A stretch of DNA of 64,000 nucleotides from Myxococcota bacterium (GCA_963676915.2 CAXXVK010000030.1:28978-92977), one strand, 5' to 3'. Shown: positions 21,501-31,496, counted from the stretch's first letter. Translations and numbers: made by a program. Notes: generated from the letters alone by a model not told the origin.

Positions 21501-22083
21501 GCAACAGTGCCTCGACGAGAAACGGTTCATCTGTCAACGTGCCGGTGGATTGCCTGAACCTGTGTATGGCGACATCGTGATTTCAGAAATCATGATCGAT
21601 CCCGACTCACCCTACACAACCGATTACCCTTATGAATGGCTCGAAATCCACAACATCTCCGATCATGCCTTGAATCTCGATGGCTGCACCATACAAGCCG
21701 GCACGTCGGAAGTGGATATCGATGAGGTTTCGATCGTCAACCAGGACGCCTATTTCGTGCTGGGACAAGGATACACGGAGAACGGTGGATACACGGCTGA
21801 TTTCAGTTATGGCGAATCGTTGCTCTTCGACAACCAATCCGGACGTATTGCCATCAAATGTTCGAATACCACCATCGATGAAGTCACTTACAACGTCCTG
21901 TTCCCGCTCAACGAAGGATACTCGATCGGCCTTATTCCCGATCCCACCCTTCACACACCACAGGGGAACGATCAGGCATCTTCGTGGTGCAACAGTAGTA
22001 TCATGTATGGTGGAACCATCGGCGACACCGCAGATCCACCCAACTACGGAACTCCGGGTGAAGCGACTTACTGCCAACCCTGA
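15536..22083 (+). CDS. Giant (~2180 aa) surface lipoprotein: ZU5-like, 3 EGF-like, 6 lamin-tail (LTD), 2 C-type lectin and OB-fold-like domains; split by two apparent +1 frameshifts (~17240, ~18177)
   Basis: Lipobox SVSAC. ORFs 15536..17260, 17055..18338 and 18130..22083 join after single-base deletions (ADTGFESNNGQW; TMEQTNNLQV). Six G(E/D)xxxxE...GTPG-type LTD units; WIGLND/WVGVHD lectin motifs. Confidence 0.8.
16199..16618 (+). repeat. Three tandem 144-bp EGF/laminin-EGF-like coding repeats
   Basis: CDPDPCNGHGxCDxxDGSCTC...AGDACDxC...YPDC starting at 16199, 16343 and 16487. Confidence 0.9.
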
Positions 22084-22102
22084 TCTTTCTTGACCCATTC
22101 AC

Positions 22103-22140
22103 ACTCCCCGGCCTTACTGCAAGGCTGGGGAGTTTTTGTT
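22103..22140 (+). terminator. Rho-independent terminator
   Basis: ACTCCCCGGCCTT-ACTGC-AAGGCTGGGGAGT followed by TTTTGTT. Confidence 0.85.
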
Positions 22141-22189
22141 TCTCGAAAGCGAACACCCGTTTTCCATAGCGATTTCAACGAAGTAACCC

Positions 22190-23746
22190 ATGCCTCCTAC
22201 CGATTCCATCCTGTTAGATCCCTGCACGGCGTTTTCGTGCCAAAACCATCCGGATCTTCCAGGAGGATACCGGCTCGATCAAGCCAAACGAGAAGGCGAA
22301 CGGGTCGTTTTGCACCTGTCCAAGGATGAAACACTCCAATTCGTGCTTCATGTCGTCCCCCGTGACACTTCGCCTCCTCATACGTTAGCCGTCGAAGATA
22401 TCGCCTTCGACACCAAGGAGTGCCCAACCGAGGTTCCCGCCGGTGAGCTTCAAACCTTGGTGACCGAGTTATCCCACCGCTACAAAACGTTGCGCACGAC
22501 TCAACCCGACCACGGGTTGTATACGGCGACGATCAACCCCGAAACCACCGGACCGGAATGGTCGTTGACGCAGGATGTGCTTCCCTTTTCCCTGCTCGTC
22601 GTGCTTGTGATTCTCGCCGTTTTAACCGGGTTGAACTTGCGAAAAAGACCGTTTTTTCATGCGTTGTCCCATTCTTTGGCGACGTTGCTTCAATATGTGG
22701 TGATTCTCGTTCTTTGCCTCGTCAGTGGAGAGATAGCGCTACGACTGATCGACTACGACCCAACCGAACGCACGGACCTTTATCATAAGAACGGCAGCTA
22801 TCATTTTTCCGAACGACAGGGCGAAAAGGGACAGGATCTCCACCGGGAACTCATCAAGGAAACCGTGGACGGCATCGACTTCTGGACGATCCGTGATTCG
22901 GAAATGGATGTCAACGGCCAATTGGAATACAGTTTCGCTCCCCTGACCAAACCCGGCGAAGAACGCCTGTTGGGTATCGGGGACAGCATCATGTTCGGAT
23001 CGGGCGTAAAAAGCCATCAGACCTTTCTTTCGGCTCTTCAGCGTCTTGGACGAAAAAACGGAATGCGGTTGGACTGCCTGAATGTTTCGATGCCCGGCTG
23101 GAACCTTCCCCAATACCGGATCGCCGCTCAAAAATACATCGAAGCAACAAAGCCCGAAATCGTCCTGTTGGGACTGCATAACGGCGACGTGGTGCCTGTA
23201 AAACTTTCAGGTCATCGAACGATCAACGCCAACCTGCTGGTCGCTGATCCCACCGTAATCTCCGACGGCTTGCCGCTGCAAAAAGAAGACGCCCGCTGGC
23301 TGGGCCGGTACAGCCTGCTTGCTCGAACCATGGGACATTGGATCTCACGGGGACGCGTTCCGCGTAGCTATCGGCTGATCGGTAAAAAGGAATTATTGGT
23401 TCGGGAACTCGACCGTATCGACGCACTATGCACTAAAAATCACGTCAAGCTGGCATTAGCCTGGATGCCTCCCATGCATCGCCCGTTCGGGGAACAGATC
23501 GATCATCCTTCCTGGATGGAAGATGTCTGGAGCGACGTGCAAGAATGGCAAAAAAGCCACCCGAACGTTCTGTTGATCGATCCCCGACCCGCCATGCGCG
23601 ATACACCGCCCGAGTCGATCCGACTGGATCTCTGCTGCCACCTGAACCGCAAAGGGCACGTTTTGATGGGAGATATCCTTTTCAATTCCTTCGTTCAGGC
23701 CGGTTGGTTGAAAAAAACGGAACATTCTTCGCAACAAACCGAATAA
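22190..23746 (+). CDS. Membrane-anchored SGNH/GDSL hydrolase family protein
   Basis: Two hydrophobic helices; block I IGDSIMFG, block II NVSMPGW, block V DLCCHLNRKGH. Confidence 0.75.
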   Translation: MPPTDSILLDPCTAFSCQNHPDLPGGYRLDQAKREGERVVLHLSKDETLQFVLHVVPRDTSPPHTLAVEDIAFDTKECPTEVPAGELQTLVTELSHRYKTLRTTQPDHGLYTATINPETTGPEWSLTQDVLPFSLLVVLVILAVLTGLNLRKRPFFHALSHSLATLLQYVVILVLCLVSGEIALRLIDYDPTERTDLYHKNGSYHFSERQGEKGQDLHRELIKETVDGIDFWTIRDSEMDVNGQLEYSFAPLTKPGEERLLGIGDSIMFGSGVKSHQTFLSALQRLGRKNGMRLDCLNVSMPGWNLPQYRIAAQKYIEATKPEIVLLGLHNGDVVPVKLSGHRTINANLLVADPTVISDGLPLQKEDARWLGRYSLLARTMGHWISRGRVPRSYRLIGKKELLVRELDRIDALCTKNHVKLALAWMPPMHRPFGEQIDHPSWMEDVWSDVQEWQKSHPNVLLIDPRPAMRDTPPESIRLDLCCHLNRKGHVLMGDILFNSFVQAGWLKKTEHSSQQTE

Positions 23747-23753
23747 TTCCGAA

Positions 23754-25622
23754 TTAGCGGTCGAAATACTCCCGAATGCGTTCAGCGACAACCGTTGTAA
23801 TGCCTTGCACGGACAACAGGTCGTCTGTCGAGGCCGCTTTGACCCGTTTCAAACTCCCGAAATGACGTAATAAAGCTTTCATTCGGGTAGGACCGACACC
23901 CGGAATTTCCAGCAACGAGGAACGTAACCCCTCTTTTTTACGTAACTTTCGGTGATAGGTAATGGCGAAACGATGGGCTTCGTCCCGAATTCGCTGAAAT
24001 AGAAAGAGTTCTCCTGTGCCGGGTTTGAACAGAATCGGCATTTTTACGCCCGGACGAAACACCCTTTCCGGCGTCCGCTTGCTGCCTTCCCAATCCTCGG
24101 CGATTTCGCCTTCTCCCACACTGTCTTTCAACCGTGATTTCGCCAAAGAAGCCAACTCGACATCGTGAATACCCATACGTTCCAAAATGGTTTCCGCGAT
24201 TTTAAGCTGTCCCTTCCCTCCATCGAGCACCAGCAAATCCGGCAGGTTGCCTTCTTCCAGCCCTCGTTTGAGACGCCGGGAAAGCACCTCGTGCATCATG
24301 GCGTAATCGTCGGGACGATCCAGCGTTTTGATACGGTAGCGACGATACTCGCTTTTTTCCGCCACCCCATGAATGAAACACACGCCAGAGCCAACCGCCA
24401 TTCGTCCCTGAATATTGGAAATATCGTAACATTCAATGCGCTCGGGAAAACTCCTAAGCCTTAGTTTTCGCTGAATTTTCTCAAGGGTTACCTGGTTCCC
24501 AAGTTCCCGATTGATCCGCTCTTCGAAATTCCGCCGGGCGTTGGTCGTGGCGTTCTCTACCAGTTTGCTTTTAACTCCCCGCTGGGGAACGTGAATCGTA
24601 ACGTTTCGTTCGGCCAGATCCGCAATCCATTGTTCCAAAATATCCAAACTCACCACATCGAATGGCAGGAAAATCCCCTTCGGAAAAGAGGTCGTCCGCT
24701 CGTAGTGCCGAACCATGGCGTAATGCAGCAGCGCACCATCTTCCTGTTCTTCACCCGACGCCATCAAAGCGCTCTGCCCCATCAATGCGCCGCTTCGATA
24801 ATGGGAAAACAGCACGCAGGCTTCCGAACCTTCCCGATGAAACCCTATTACGTCCCAGTTTTCCGCCTGGGTCATCTGGGCATACTGCTTTTCGAGGGTC
24901 GCCTCAACCGCTCGAATCGAATCCCGGTAGCGTGCAGCATCCTCGAACCGCTGTTCCGTGGCCGCCTCTTTCATAAGTTGCTGTAAATCCTTGACGAGCA
25001 GATCCTTGCGACCTTCTAAAAACAGTTTCACCCGATGGATTTCGGCCTGATACGTTTCCTTTTCCACCGGCAAACAGCACGGTCCGAGGCAGCGGTTCAT
25101 CTGGTATCGCACACAGGGACGGCGTGCGGCAGCAAACGCCCGTTCGGTACAGGTACGAATTTTGAAATGCTTGTTGACCAGCCGAATGACCTCTCTCGCC
25201 TTTCCTGCCGAGGCATAGGGGCCGAAGAACATCCCCTTTCCTTTCGCGACTCGGGCGCGAACGATGTTCAACCGTGGGAAATCCCGGCTGGTATCCAGCT
25301 TGATCAGGAAATAGCTACGGTCATCCTTGATACGAACATTGTACCGAGGTTTGTGCTTGCGAATCAGGTTACTTTCGAGAATCAACGCTTCTTTTTCGGA
25401 TGCCGTGAGGATGAACTCCACGTCGTACAAAAGCTCCGGCAGGAGTTTTACGAAAGGCCGGGTATCGGAAGCAGGAGGAATGTACTGGCGCATCCGGGCC
25501 AGCAGATTCTTGGCCTTACCGATATAAAAGATACGGCCGTCCTTGTTTTTCATCAGGTAACAGCCGGGATCGTGGGGGGCTTTCCCCAGGATTTCGGAAA
25601 CATCCGGCATGGTTCGCTCCAC
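23754..25622 (-). CDS. uvrC: Excinuclease ABC subunit C
   Basis: GIY-YIG (PGCYLM, YIGKAKNL), CYDISN, DGGKGQL, RDEAHRFAI, HhH IPGVG. Start may be 25610. Confidence 0.97.
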   Translation of the reverse strand: MERTMPDVSEILGKAPHDPGCYLMKNKDGRIFYIGKAKNLLARMRQYIPPASDTRPFVKLLPELLYDVEFILTASEKEALILESNLIRKHKPRYNVRIKDDRSYFLIKLDTSRDFPRLNIVRARVAKGKGMFFGPYASAGKAREVIRLVNKHFKIRTCTERAFAAARRPCVRYQMNRCLGPCCLPVEKETYQAEIHRVKLFLEGRKDLLVKDLQQLMKEAATEQRFEDAARYRDSIRAVEATLEKQYAQMTQAENWDVIGFHREGSEACVLFSHYRSGALMGQSALMASGEEQEDGALLHYAMVRHYERTTSFPKGIFLPFDVVSLDILEQWIADLAERNVTIHVPQRGVKSKLVENATTNARRNFEERINRELGNQVTLEKIQRKLRLRSFPERIECYDISNIQGRMAVGSGVCFIHGVAEKSEYRRYRIKTLDRPDDYAMMHEVLSRRLKRGLEEGNLPDLLVLDGGKGQLKIAETILERMGIHDVELASLAKSRLKDSVGEGEIAEDWEGSKRTPERVFRPGVKMPILFKPGTGELFLFQRIRDEAHRFAITYHRKLRKKEGLRSSLLEIPGVGPTRMKALLRHFGSLKRVKAASTDDLLSVQGITTVVAERIREYFDR

Positions 25623-25679
25623 GGTGGTTGATCATCCTGCCAAACGATCCGCGCATCGTATCACGGAATGTCAACGCCT

Positions 25680-25858
25680 AGCCTGAATAATTCATGAAGA
25701 ATCTACTACGACTTGAAAACTCTCGATCTTTCATTCGTTTCGCAATTTTTTATACTCAACAACCTGTCAAGGTTGCTTCCGTTAAAAAATCACTCCAACT
25801 TCATGAAATATCTTCGGTTTTCGTCGTCTCGTAACGATCTTCATAAATTATCCAGTCT
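25680..25858 (+). mobile_element. MITE-like non-autonomous repeat, copy A
   Basis: Imperfect ~21-bp terminal inverted repeats AGCCTGAATAATTCATGAAGA / TCTTCATAAATTATCCAGTCT; arms similar to 50843-51056 and 63395-63587. Confidence 0.7.
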
Positions 25859-25960
25859 TGAAGGACTCTCTTCAGGATGTAATGAAAGAAGTAAACGGAG
25901 GGAAAAATCCAAATAAAACCGGTGAGATAAAAACGCATCCCACCGGCTTCTTCGTGAGTT

Positions 25961-26701
25961 TTACAGTCCAAGAAAAGCGATGGCAGACCCGGACAACGCA
26001 ATGACGAACCCCGCCATGGCGTGGATGTAGCGTTCCATCCAGTCGGTGGAAATGATCTTGATTCCCGAGTACAGCGCCAGAGCAATGACCGTCATCGTGG
26101 TGATCGTCACGACTCCGAACACGCCTGCCACGAGAACCACGCCGATGATCGAATGTTCGGCAGCGGGGAACATCACCAGCGGAATCAACGGTTCACAGGG
26201 ACCGAGCAGGAAAATGATGAACATCGCCCAGACACTGACGTTGATCTTGGAAGAGTCGTCTTTCTCCTCTTCATGGAGGTGTTTGTGCTCGGCATGAGTG
26301 TGGTCGTGGGTATGTTCGTGTTCGTGCTCGTGTTCATGTTCGTCGATATGAAAATGCTTGTGGGTGTGCGGTTTCGACTGCATTCCCCGACGAAGCCCCC
26401 AGATGCCGTAGGCCAGACCGAAGGCGATCAACAGATAGCTGGCCAATTCTCCCCGAACGCCTTCGAAGGATTCCAAGCTACCCAGCGCAATTCCCGCCGC
26501 AATGCCGATCAAGCCCAGCGCCACAGACGACAACACATGTGCTATACCGCAAATTACGGTAATTACGGCAAGTTTCAGGTGACTCCAGCGACGTGCACGA
26601 CCAATCATGACGAAAGGAAGGTAGTGATCCGGTCCCATTAAGGTATGGGTGAAACCGATGAACGCAGCCGTGGCGGCAATCGCAAGAATCTCGGGACTCA
26701 T
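25961..26701 (-). CDS. His-rich nickel/cobalt transporter (NicO/UreH/RcnA-like)
   Basis: HTLMGPDHY, CGIAHVLSS, (HE)n His-rich loop, GPCEPLIP, multiple TM helices; GAAAGGA RBS. Confidence 0.85.
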   Translation of the reverse strand: MSPEILAIAATAAFIGFTHTLMGPDHYLPFVMIGRARRWSHLKLAVITVICGIAHVLSSVALGLIGIAAGIALGSLESFEGVRGELASYLLIAFGLAYGIWGLRRGMQSKPHTHKHFHIDEHEHEHEHEHTHDHTHAEHKHLHEEEKDDSSKINVSVWAMFIIFLLGPCEPLIPLVMFPAAEHSIIGVVLVAGVFGVVTITTMTVIALALYSGIKIISTDWMERYIHAMAGFVIALSGSAIAFLGL

Positions 26702-26741
26702 TGGACATCCTTTCGCCTGAAATCTGCAAAAACAACGCACC

Positions 26742-26790
26742 GTAACACAAAACGCTCTTTTTTGCTACACTTCAAATGGGAGAATGTCAA
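26742..26790 (-). promoter_or_regulatory. Sigma70 promoter overlapped by a candidate NikR-type operator
   Basis: Minus strand TTGACA-17-TAGCAA; dyad GTAACA-N15-TGCTAC (26742-26768) covers the -10 element. Confidence 0.5.
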
Positions 26791-26815
26791 GGATATTCAT
26801 GGATTAGGGGTTGAT

Positions 26816-29608
26816 TTACGGCCTTGCCTGGGGGTGTTCTCCTGACTTTGTACCAATTTCCGGCACGCAGTCCGGGTAGTTCATGTATCCTTCGGCGCAG
26901 CGGTCGCAGCGGTCCCCCGCATAACCTTCGGCGCAAGGGCAATCGGCCCATTTGACGATACGGAGGCCTTTATAACCTTGTCCAGTATAAATATAGGGGC
27001 CTTTGACAAAGTAATCTCTGAAATTGTCCGTCGAATTGAAACTCCCCAAACCGATACTCCCCATCCGTTGCGGGGCAGCAGGATTGCTGATATCAATGAT
27101 TTCAATTTCTCTTGAGCCACTACCTTCATCAATTGCATGGTACATCAATGCAAAAATATAGTTTCCCGAGATAGAAATCATAGATGGGATACTTGAACCG
27201 TTAAGTCGAGAAAGTAATTCCGGTTGCGCAATATCCGTGACATTGTAAATTTCCAGACCTTTATTTTCATCTTCGCTATAGGGAACGACCACAATTTGCC
27301 CCAAAGCATCTACAGCGACTTTTTTCACTAAATGAGAAGAAGTAATTTCTGTTCTATGCACAATTCCAAACTGTTCAGAAAAAGTAAAAATATTTAAATA
27401 TTTACCGTAACCGACAAAAATACGATTTCCCCGAACCTCAATATCGTATTCCATCCATCCCCCATCTAACTCTTTGAAATCATAGGGAAGAGAACTTAAA
27501 AGATACCCATGCGATGGATTCGAGAAATCGTAAATCGCCACCCCCTCACCCGAAGAATTATCTATGACTGAATATAATGTTTTACCGGACACATAAATGC
27601 TTTGAGCCTCAAAAGAGTAGTCTGCAATCAAAGTAGCATTTGATGTCTCTGACATGTCCAGTACCTGCAACCTGTTCATACTCACATATTCATCACCCAA
27701 CAAGTAACCAACATCATCCAAAACAAAAAAATTACCATTTAGTGCATACCAACTAACAAATCCCTTAGGATTCAACGGGTCTGAGACATCGAAACGTACT
27801 AATAGATGATCATTCATAGTGTATATGCTTTGCTCACTTGCGAAAAACCGCTGAATTGTGTCGGGAGACCTACCATATCCCCCGAGTCGTTTTGGATCCG
27901 AAGGAACAGAAACATCGAATGATTCAAGAATTTCAATATCATATGAAATGTTGTATAAAATGTTATCAACACCTAAAAGACCGTTCGACATCGTAGTCAA
28001 TTCACTTTCACATTCCCCAATAAGGCGTGGAATCGAAGGTTGCGAAATATCGTAAATCCTCAATGAATACTCTTTAAAATAAGCCAAATTGTCTTTGATC
28101 CAGAATTTGAAAGGATGATTGGGAATTGTAGAAATTTCCGTGGGGTTGTTTGGATCAGAGATATCCAACTCAACAATATGGCCAATTCCTTCAAGTAAAT
28201 AGGCTATTTGCCCCTCAACATGAAAATCGTCCAAAACTCGTGTCTTGAAACTGGCGATTTCAACAATTCTCTCTGGTTCCGAAATATCAAGAATGTGAAT
28301 GGAAGAAGGATTCGTAGCATCGTATCTCTCACATTGCAAATAGGCGTATTGCCCTGCAATCTGTAATTTTACGCACGATCCATCCAATTCATACGAGCTT
28401 ATCCGCTGGACATCGACCGGATTCGAAACATCCAGAACAATGAAACCATCATACATAGCCAGCCAAGCCTTCTGGTCTTGAACGATAATGTCATAAACAG
28501 TTCCACCAGTATAATAGCTACCAATTTGTACCGGATGCCTGGGATTATTGACGTCAATAATTACTAACGTACTGGAATCAAGAGCATATGCAATACCTTC
28601 TTCCGTCACGTCCAATACGTCTATCACTCCTTTTGCATCAAAATGTCCCCACATTTTAGGATTCGCTGGATCGGATACATCCAAAATCTGCATTCCACCA
28701 AAACCCATGGCAACATAGGCAACATTACCCACAACAGCCAGATCCCGAGCATTTCCACCGAAACTTTGAATAAGTTCCGGTTCACGATAGGTACACTGAC
28801 AAATCGCCCTTCCGCTGGAGTCATCACAAGCGTAGTGCCCTCCACAAGCATCCGGGTGGGTACAAGCCATTTCACACAAACCATCGCCGTCGTTGTCCTG
28901 ATAATTGTCTCTACAGGGACACCCTCCGATACCATCGCAATAATTACCACCGACACAATGATATCGTGTTCCCTGGCAATAACCGGACGAATAATAACTA
29001 CCACCACGTTGGCAACTATCCGAATACGTGCAAGGATTTTCATCGTCACAGGGGCCGTAATCGATTGGAGTCCAATCATTCCAGCTCAAAGAAGAACTGC
29101 ATATTTTGCATGCATCGTGAGAAGATTCTCCTTTAAACGCTCCTTCTTTCACGCATTGCCCGACGATATAGCAGCCGGATGTCGCCCCGACAACCTCTTT
29201 GCACTCTCCCCTATCACAAACCGCTTCGGTACATTCCACCCCATCGTCACACGGCGTACCATCATCTGCCATGGTATCGTCGTGGCAGGTAAGCTCATTG
29301 CCGTTGCAAACATCTTGAGCATCGCAGGGAAACGCGGGTTCTCGGCAGACCGTCCCTTTCGGACGTGGGGACCAGTCGGTGGAACTCATCTCGGGATCGC
29401 AAACCCCGCAGAGTTCTTCGGGATGTGCTTCTCCGGTAGGAACCCACTCGCCGTCGATTGTGCAGCCGTCGCAGCCTTCTTCATCCGCCGGTTGATTCTC
29501 TGTATCGGTTGAATCACCGGACAGCTGGTTGGCTCCTTCACCGGAACAACCCCAAACGAGTAGAAAAAGGATCAGAATCGTAAAAAAACGAACGTTTTCA
29601 CCAAACAT
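26816..29608 (-). CDS. Lipoprotein with Cys-rich (disintegrin/EGF-like) repeats and LVIVD-repeat beta-propeller
   Basis: Lipobox LVWGC; many ILDVSDP/IIDISNP LVIVD repeats; C-terminal CAEGYAGDRCDRC. Start uncertain (29644/29608/29593). Confidence 0.8.
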   Translation of the reverse strand: MFGENVRFFTILILFLLVWGCSGEGANQLSGDSTDTENQPADEEGCDGCTIDGEWVPTGEAHPEELCGVCDPEMSSTDWSPRPKGTVCREPAFPCDAQDVCNGNELTCHDDTMADDGTPCDDGVECTEAVCDRGECKEVVGATSGCYIVGQCVKEGAFKGESSHDACKICSSSLSWNDWTPIDYGPCDDENPCTYSDSCQRGGSYYSSGYCQGTRYHCVGGNYCDGIGGCPCRDNYQDNDGDGLCEMACTHPDACGGHYACDDSSGRAICQCTYREPELIQSFGGNARDLAVVGNVAYVAMGFGGMQILDVSDPANPKMWGHFDAKGVIDVLDVTEEGIAYALDSSTLVIIDVNNPRHPVQIGSYYTGGTVYDIIVQDQKAWLAMYDGFIVLDVSNPVDVQRISSYELDGSCVKLQIAGQYAYLQCERYDATNPSSIHILDISEPERIVEIASFKTRVLDDFHVEGQIAYLLEGIGHIVELDISDPNNPTEISTIPNHPFKFWIKDNLAYFKEYSLRIYDISQPSIPRLIGECESELTTMSNGLLGVDNILYNISYDIEILESFDVSVPSDPKRLGGYGRSPDTIQRFFASEQSIYTMNDHLLVRFDVSDPLNPKGFVSWYALNGNFFVLDDVGYLLGDEYVSMNRLQVLDMSETSNATLIADYSFEAQSIYVSGKTLYSVIDNSSGEGVAIYDFSNPSHGYLLSSLPYDFKELDGGWMEYDIEVRGNRIFVGYGKYLNIFTFSEQFGIVHRTEITSSHLVKKVAVDALGQIVVVPYSEDENKGLEIYNVTDIAQPELLSRLNGSSIPSMISISGNYIFALMYHAIDEGSGSREIEIIDISNPAAPQRMGSIGLGSFNSTDNFRDYFVKGPYIYTGQGYKGLRIVKWADCPCAEGYAGDRCDRCAEGYMNYPDCVPEIGTKSGEHPQARP

Positions 29609-29722
29609 GACGACCTGTTGCCCGCAAGAGAAAATCCGTAGCACATGAACTTGATCGTTTCATTGTACCCGGTTTGCGTCTTTTGGCAACAACAAGCCCG
29701 AAGTGGAGTAAATTTTGCCGAC

Positions 29723-30421
29723 TCAGTGCCCCGCTTTTTTCCGCAGGCGTTCTTGTACGGCATCACTGGATAATTCCTTGATGGCATCTTTGGCAATCCA
29801 TTGAGCGCTTTTAAAGGGAAACTCCGCAATCGCATAGGCATTGGCCAACGCCATTTCATTCAGTGCCAAATTGCGTTTACCGATACCCCGCAATGCCCAA
29901 TTCACCGCTTTTTTCACAAAGTTACGGTCGTCATCCGTGGCTTGAGCAATAAACTTGAAAAGCCCGATAAACACCGCATCCGGGGCTTTTTTATCGTGTA
30001 CCGCAAGAGAAGCCATCAGAACGAATCCGGCGCGCTTGACGAACTCCTCCTCGCGCTCGCTCCAATCCATGGCTTTTGAATAAGCCCATGGGGTGCGATC
30101 GAAGAGGTTGCTCACCACCTGGTCACAGATGTCCCACGAGTCGAAATCGAGCACCCATTGCTCCATAAGTTTCTCGGTAACACGGGCCGGTTCTCCAATG
30201 AAAGCCGCCAGCAAACGCGCTTCGTGCTTGCCCGTCTCCCACAACTCCAACGCGAGATCGTGGTTCTTACCGATTTCTTTAGCCATTTCTCGCAGTTGCG
30301 GTATCGCCACACCGTAGGCATTGTCGCTGACGATTCCCACCCGCATCATGCCTTTTTTGCGCTCGGGATCGGCCAGTTTTTCCAGTTGTTTCAGAATATC
30401 GTCACATTGCATCGGTGGCAC
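29723..30421 (-). CDS. DNA alkylation repair protein (AlkD-like HEAT-repeat family)
   Basis: YGVAIPQLR, LWETGKHEARLLA, FDSWDICD, EEFVKRAG, DDRNFVKKAVNWALR. Confidence 0.88.
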   Translation of the reverse strand: MPPMQCDDILKQLEKLADPERKKGMMRVGIVSDNAYGVAIPQLREMAKEIGKNHDLALELWETGKHEARLLAAFIGEPARVTEKLMEQWVLDFDSWDICDQVVSNLFDRTPWAYSKAMDWSEREEEFVKRAGFVLMASLAVHDKKAPDAVFIGLFKFIAQATDDDRNFVKKAVNWALRGIGKRNLALNEMALANAYAIAEFPFKSAQWIAKDAIKELSSDAVQERLRKKAGH

Positions 30422-30446
30422 CTCGAAATCGGTTTGGGTTCGTTTC

Positions 30447-30716
30447 TTACGATTTGAATCGCCACTTCATCAACATCAAAGAGGCGATACAACAACCGAT
30501 AAACCCATTGGCTCCAATAATCAAGGCATCCACACGGAAAATCCCGTAGGCCAGCCAGCAAAATGTACCCACTTCCAAAATGATCAGGGTAACCCAGGAC
30601 AGATCCTCCAACCGTTTCGTCTGCCAGCTTTTATAGACCTGAGGAATCCATGACATCGAAGTAAGTACCGCGCCGAACAAACCCAGCATCCAAAACAACC
30701 ACGAGGGAGCGTTCAT
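30447..30716 (-). CDS. SemiSWEET / PQ-loop family transporter
   Basis: LTSMSWIPQVYKSWQTK, DLS, WLAYG, IGAN; about 89 aa with 3 TM helices; ATGA overlap with the upstream gene. Confidence 0.88.
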   Translation of the reverse strand: MNAPSWLFWMLGLFGAVLTSMSWIPQVYKSWQTKRLEDLSWVTLIILEVGTFCWLAYGIFRVDALIIGANGFIGCCIASLMLMKWRFKS

Positions 30717-31378
30717 CCGTTTTCTTTCATGATGGGGAGAGCTTTGGGAAGCCTCGGTGGATAAGGAAATTTGAGCCCTCGGCGATACACCGCTACTTGA
30801 GTGCCCATCCAACGCAACGTCAGTTCCTCACGCCGTGCCAGCGCACGACGATCCAGCCAACCCGCTTCCCGGCGACAGTATCGGTATCCTGCCTGTGCGA
30901 AGGCATCGATCCAATACTTTCGGGGTTGTTCGTTGATGTGTCCGATGCCGCCCTGTCCGGGAGGAGCGGCGCTGAAAACGACGGTATCCGAAAACGTCGT
31001 GCAATTCTCGACAAGTACGTCATGATGTGCTGCAGGAAGGTGCTCGGCGACATCCAGGCATAACACGAGATCGGCACGGGGCAGGCGCTCAGAATCGATG
31101 GGCTGCATTAGATCCGCCAGCACCACGTTTTCCACATTTGAAGCCCGCATATTCGCGGGACATTCGAAAGCATCCACACAGGTGACGTTTACCCCTAACT
31201 CGATCAGCCGCCCTGCGTGCATCGCCGCGCCGCATCCGAGATCCAACACCGTAGAGGGTTGATATTGCTCGAAAATCACCTCGGCCATCGCTCTCGCACT
31301 TCGACGATACTCGCTGTTGTCCCTGCCCCACTGTGTGAAAAACGATGTCCCGTATAGATTCGGGTCGTATCGTGTCAT
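30713..31378 (-). CDS. Class I SAM-dependent methyltransferase
   Basis: VLDLGCG, DLVLCLDVAEHL, FSAAPPGQGGIGHINEQ. Confidence 0.85.
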   Translation of the reverse strand: MTRYDPNLYGTSFFTQWGRDNSEYRRSARAMAEVIFEQYQPSTVLDLGCGAAMHAGRLIELGVNVTCVDAFECPANMRASNVENVVLADLMQPIDSERLPRADLVLCLDVAEHLPAAHHDVLVENCTTFSDTVVFSAAPPGQGGIGHINEQPRKYWIDAFAQAGYRYCRREAGWLDRRALARREELTLRWMGTQVAVYRRGLKFPYPPRLPKALPIMKENG

Positions 31379-31496
31379 CGATTGTTCCAAGAAACCTGTC
31401 CGGCATTTAAAATGGAAAAATAGGACTTTCGCCCACACCTTCGCATTTCCATGAAATCGAACGAGCACTCCAACATAGGTTTCTCATCCGATTCCC

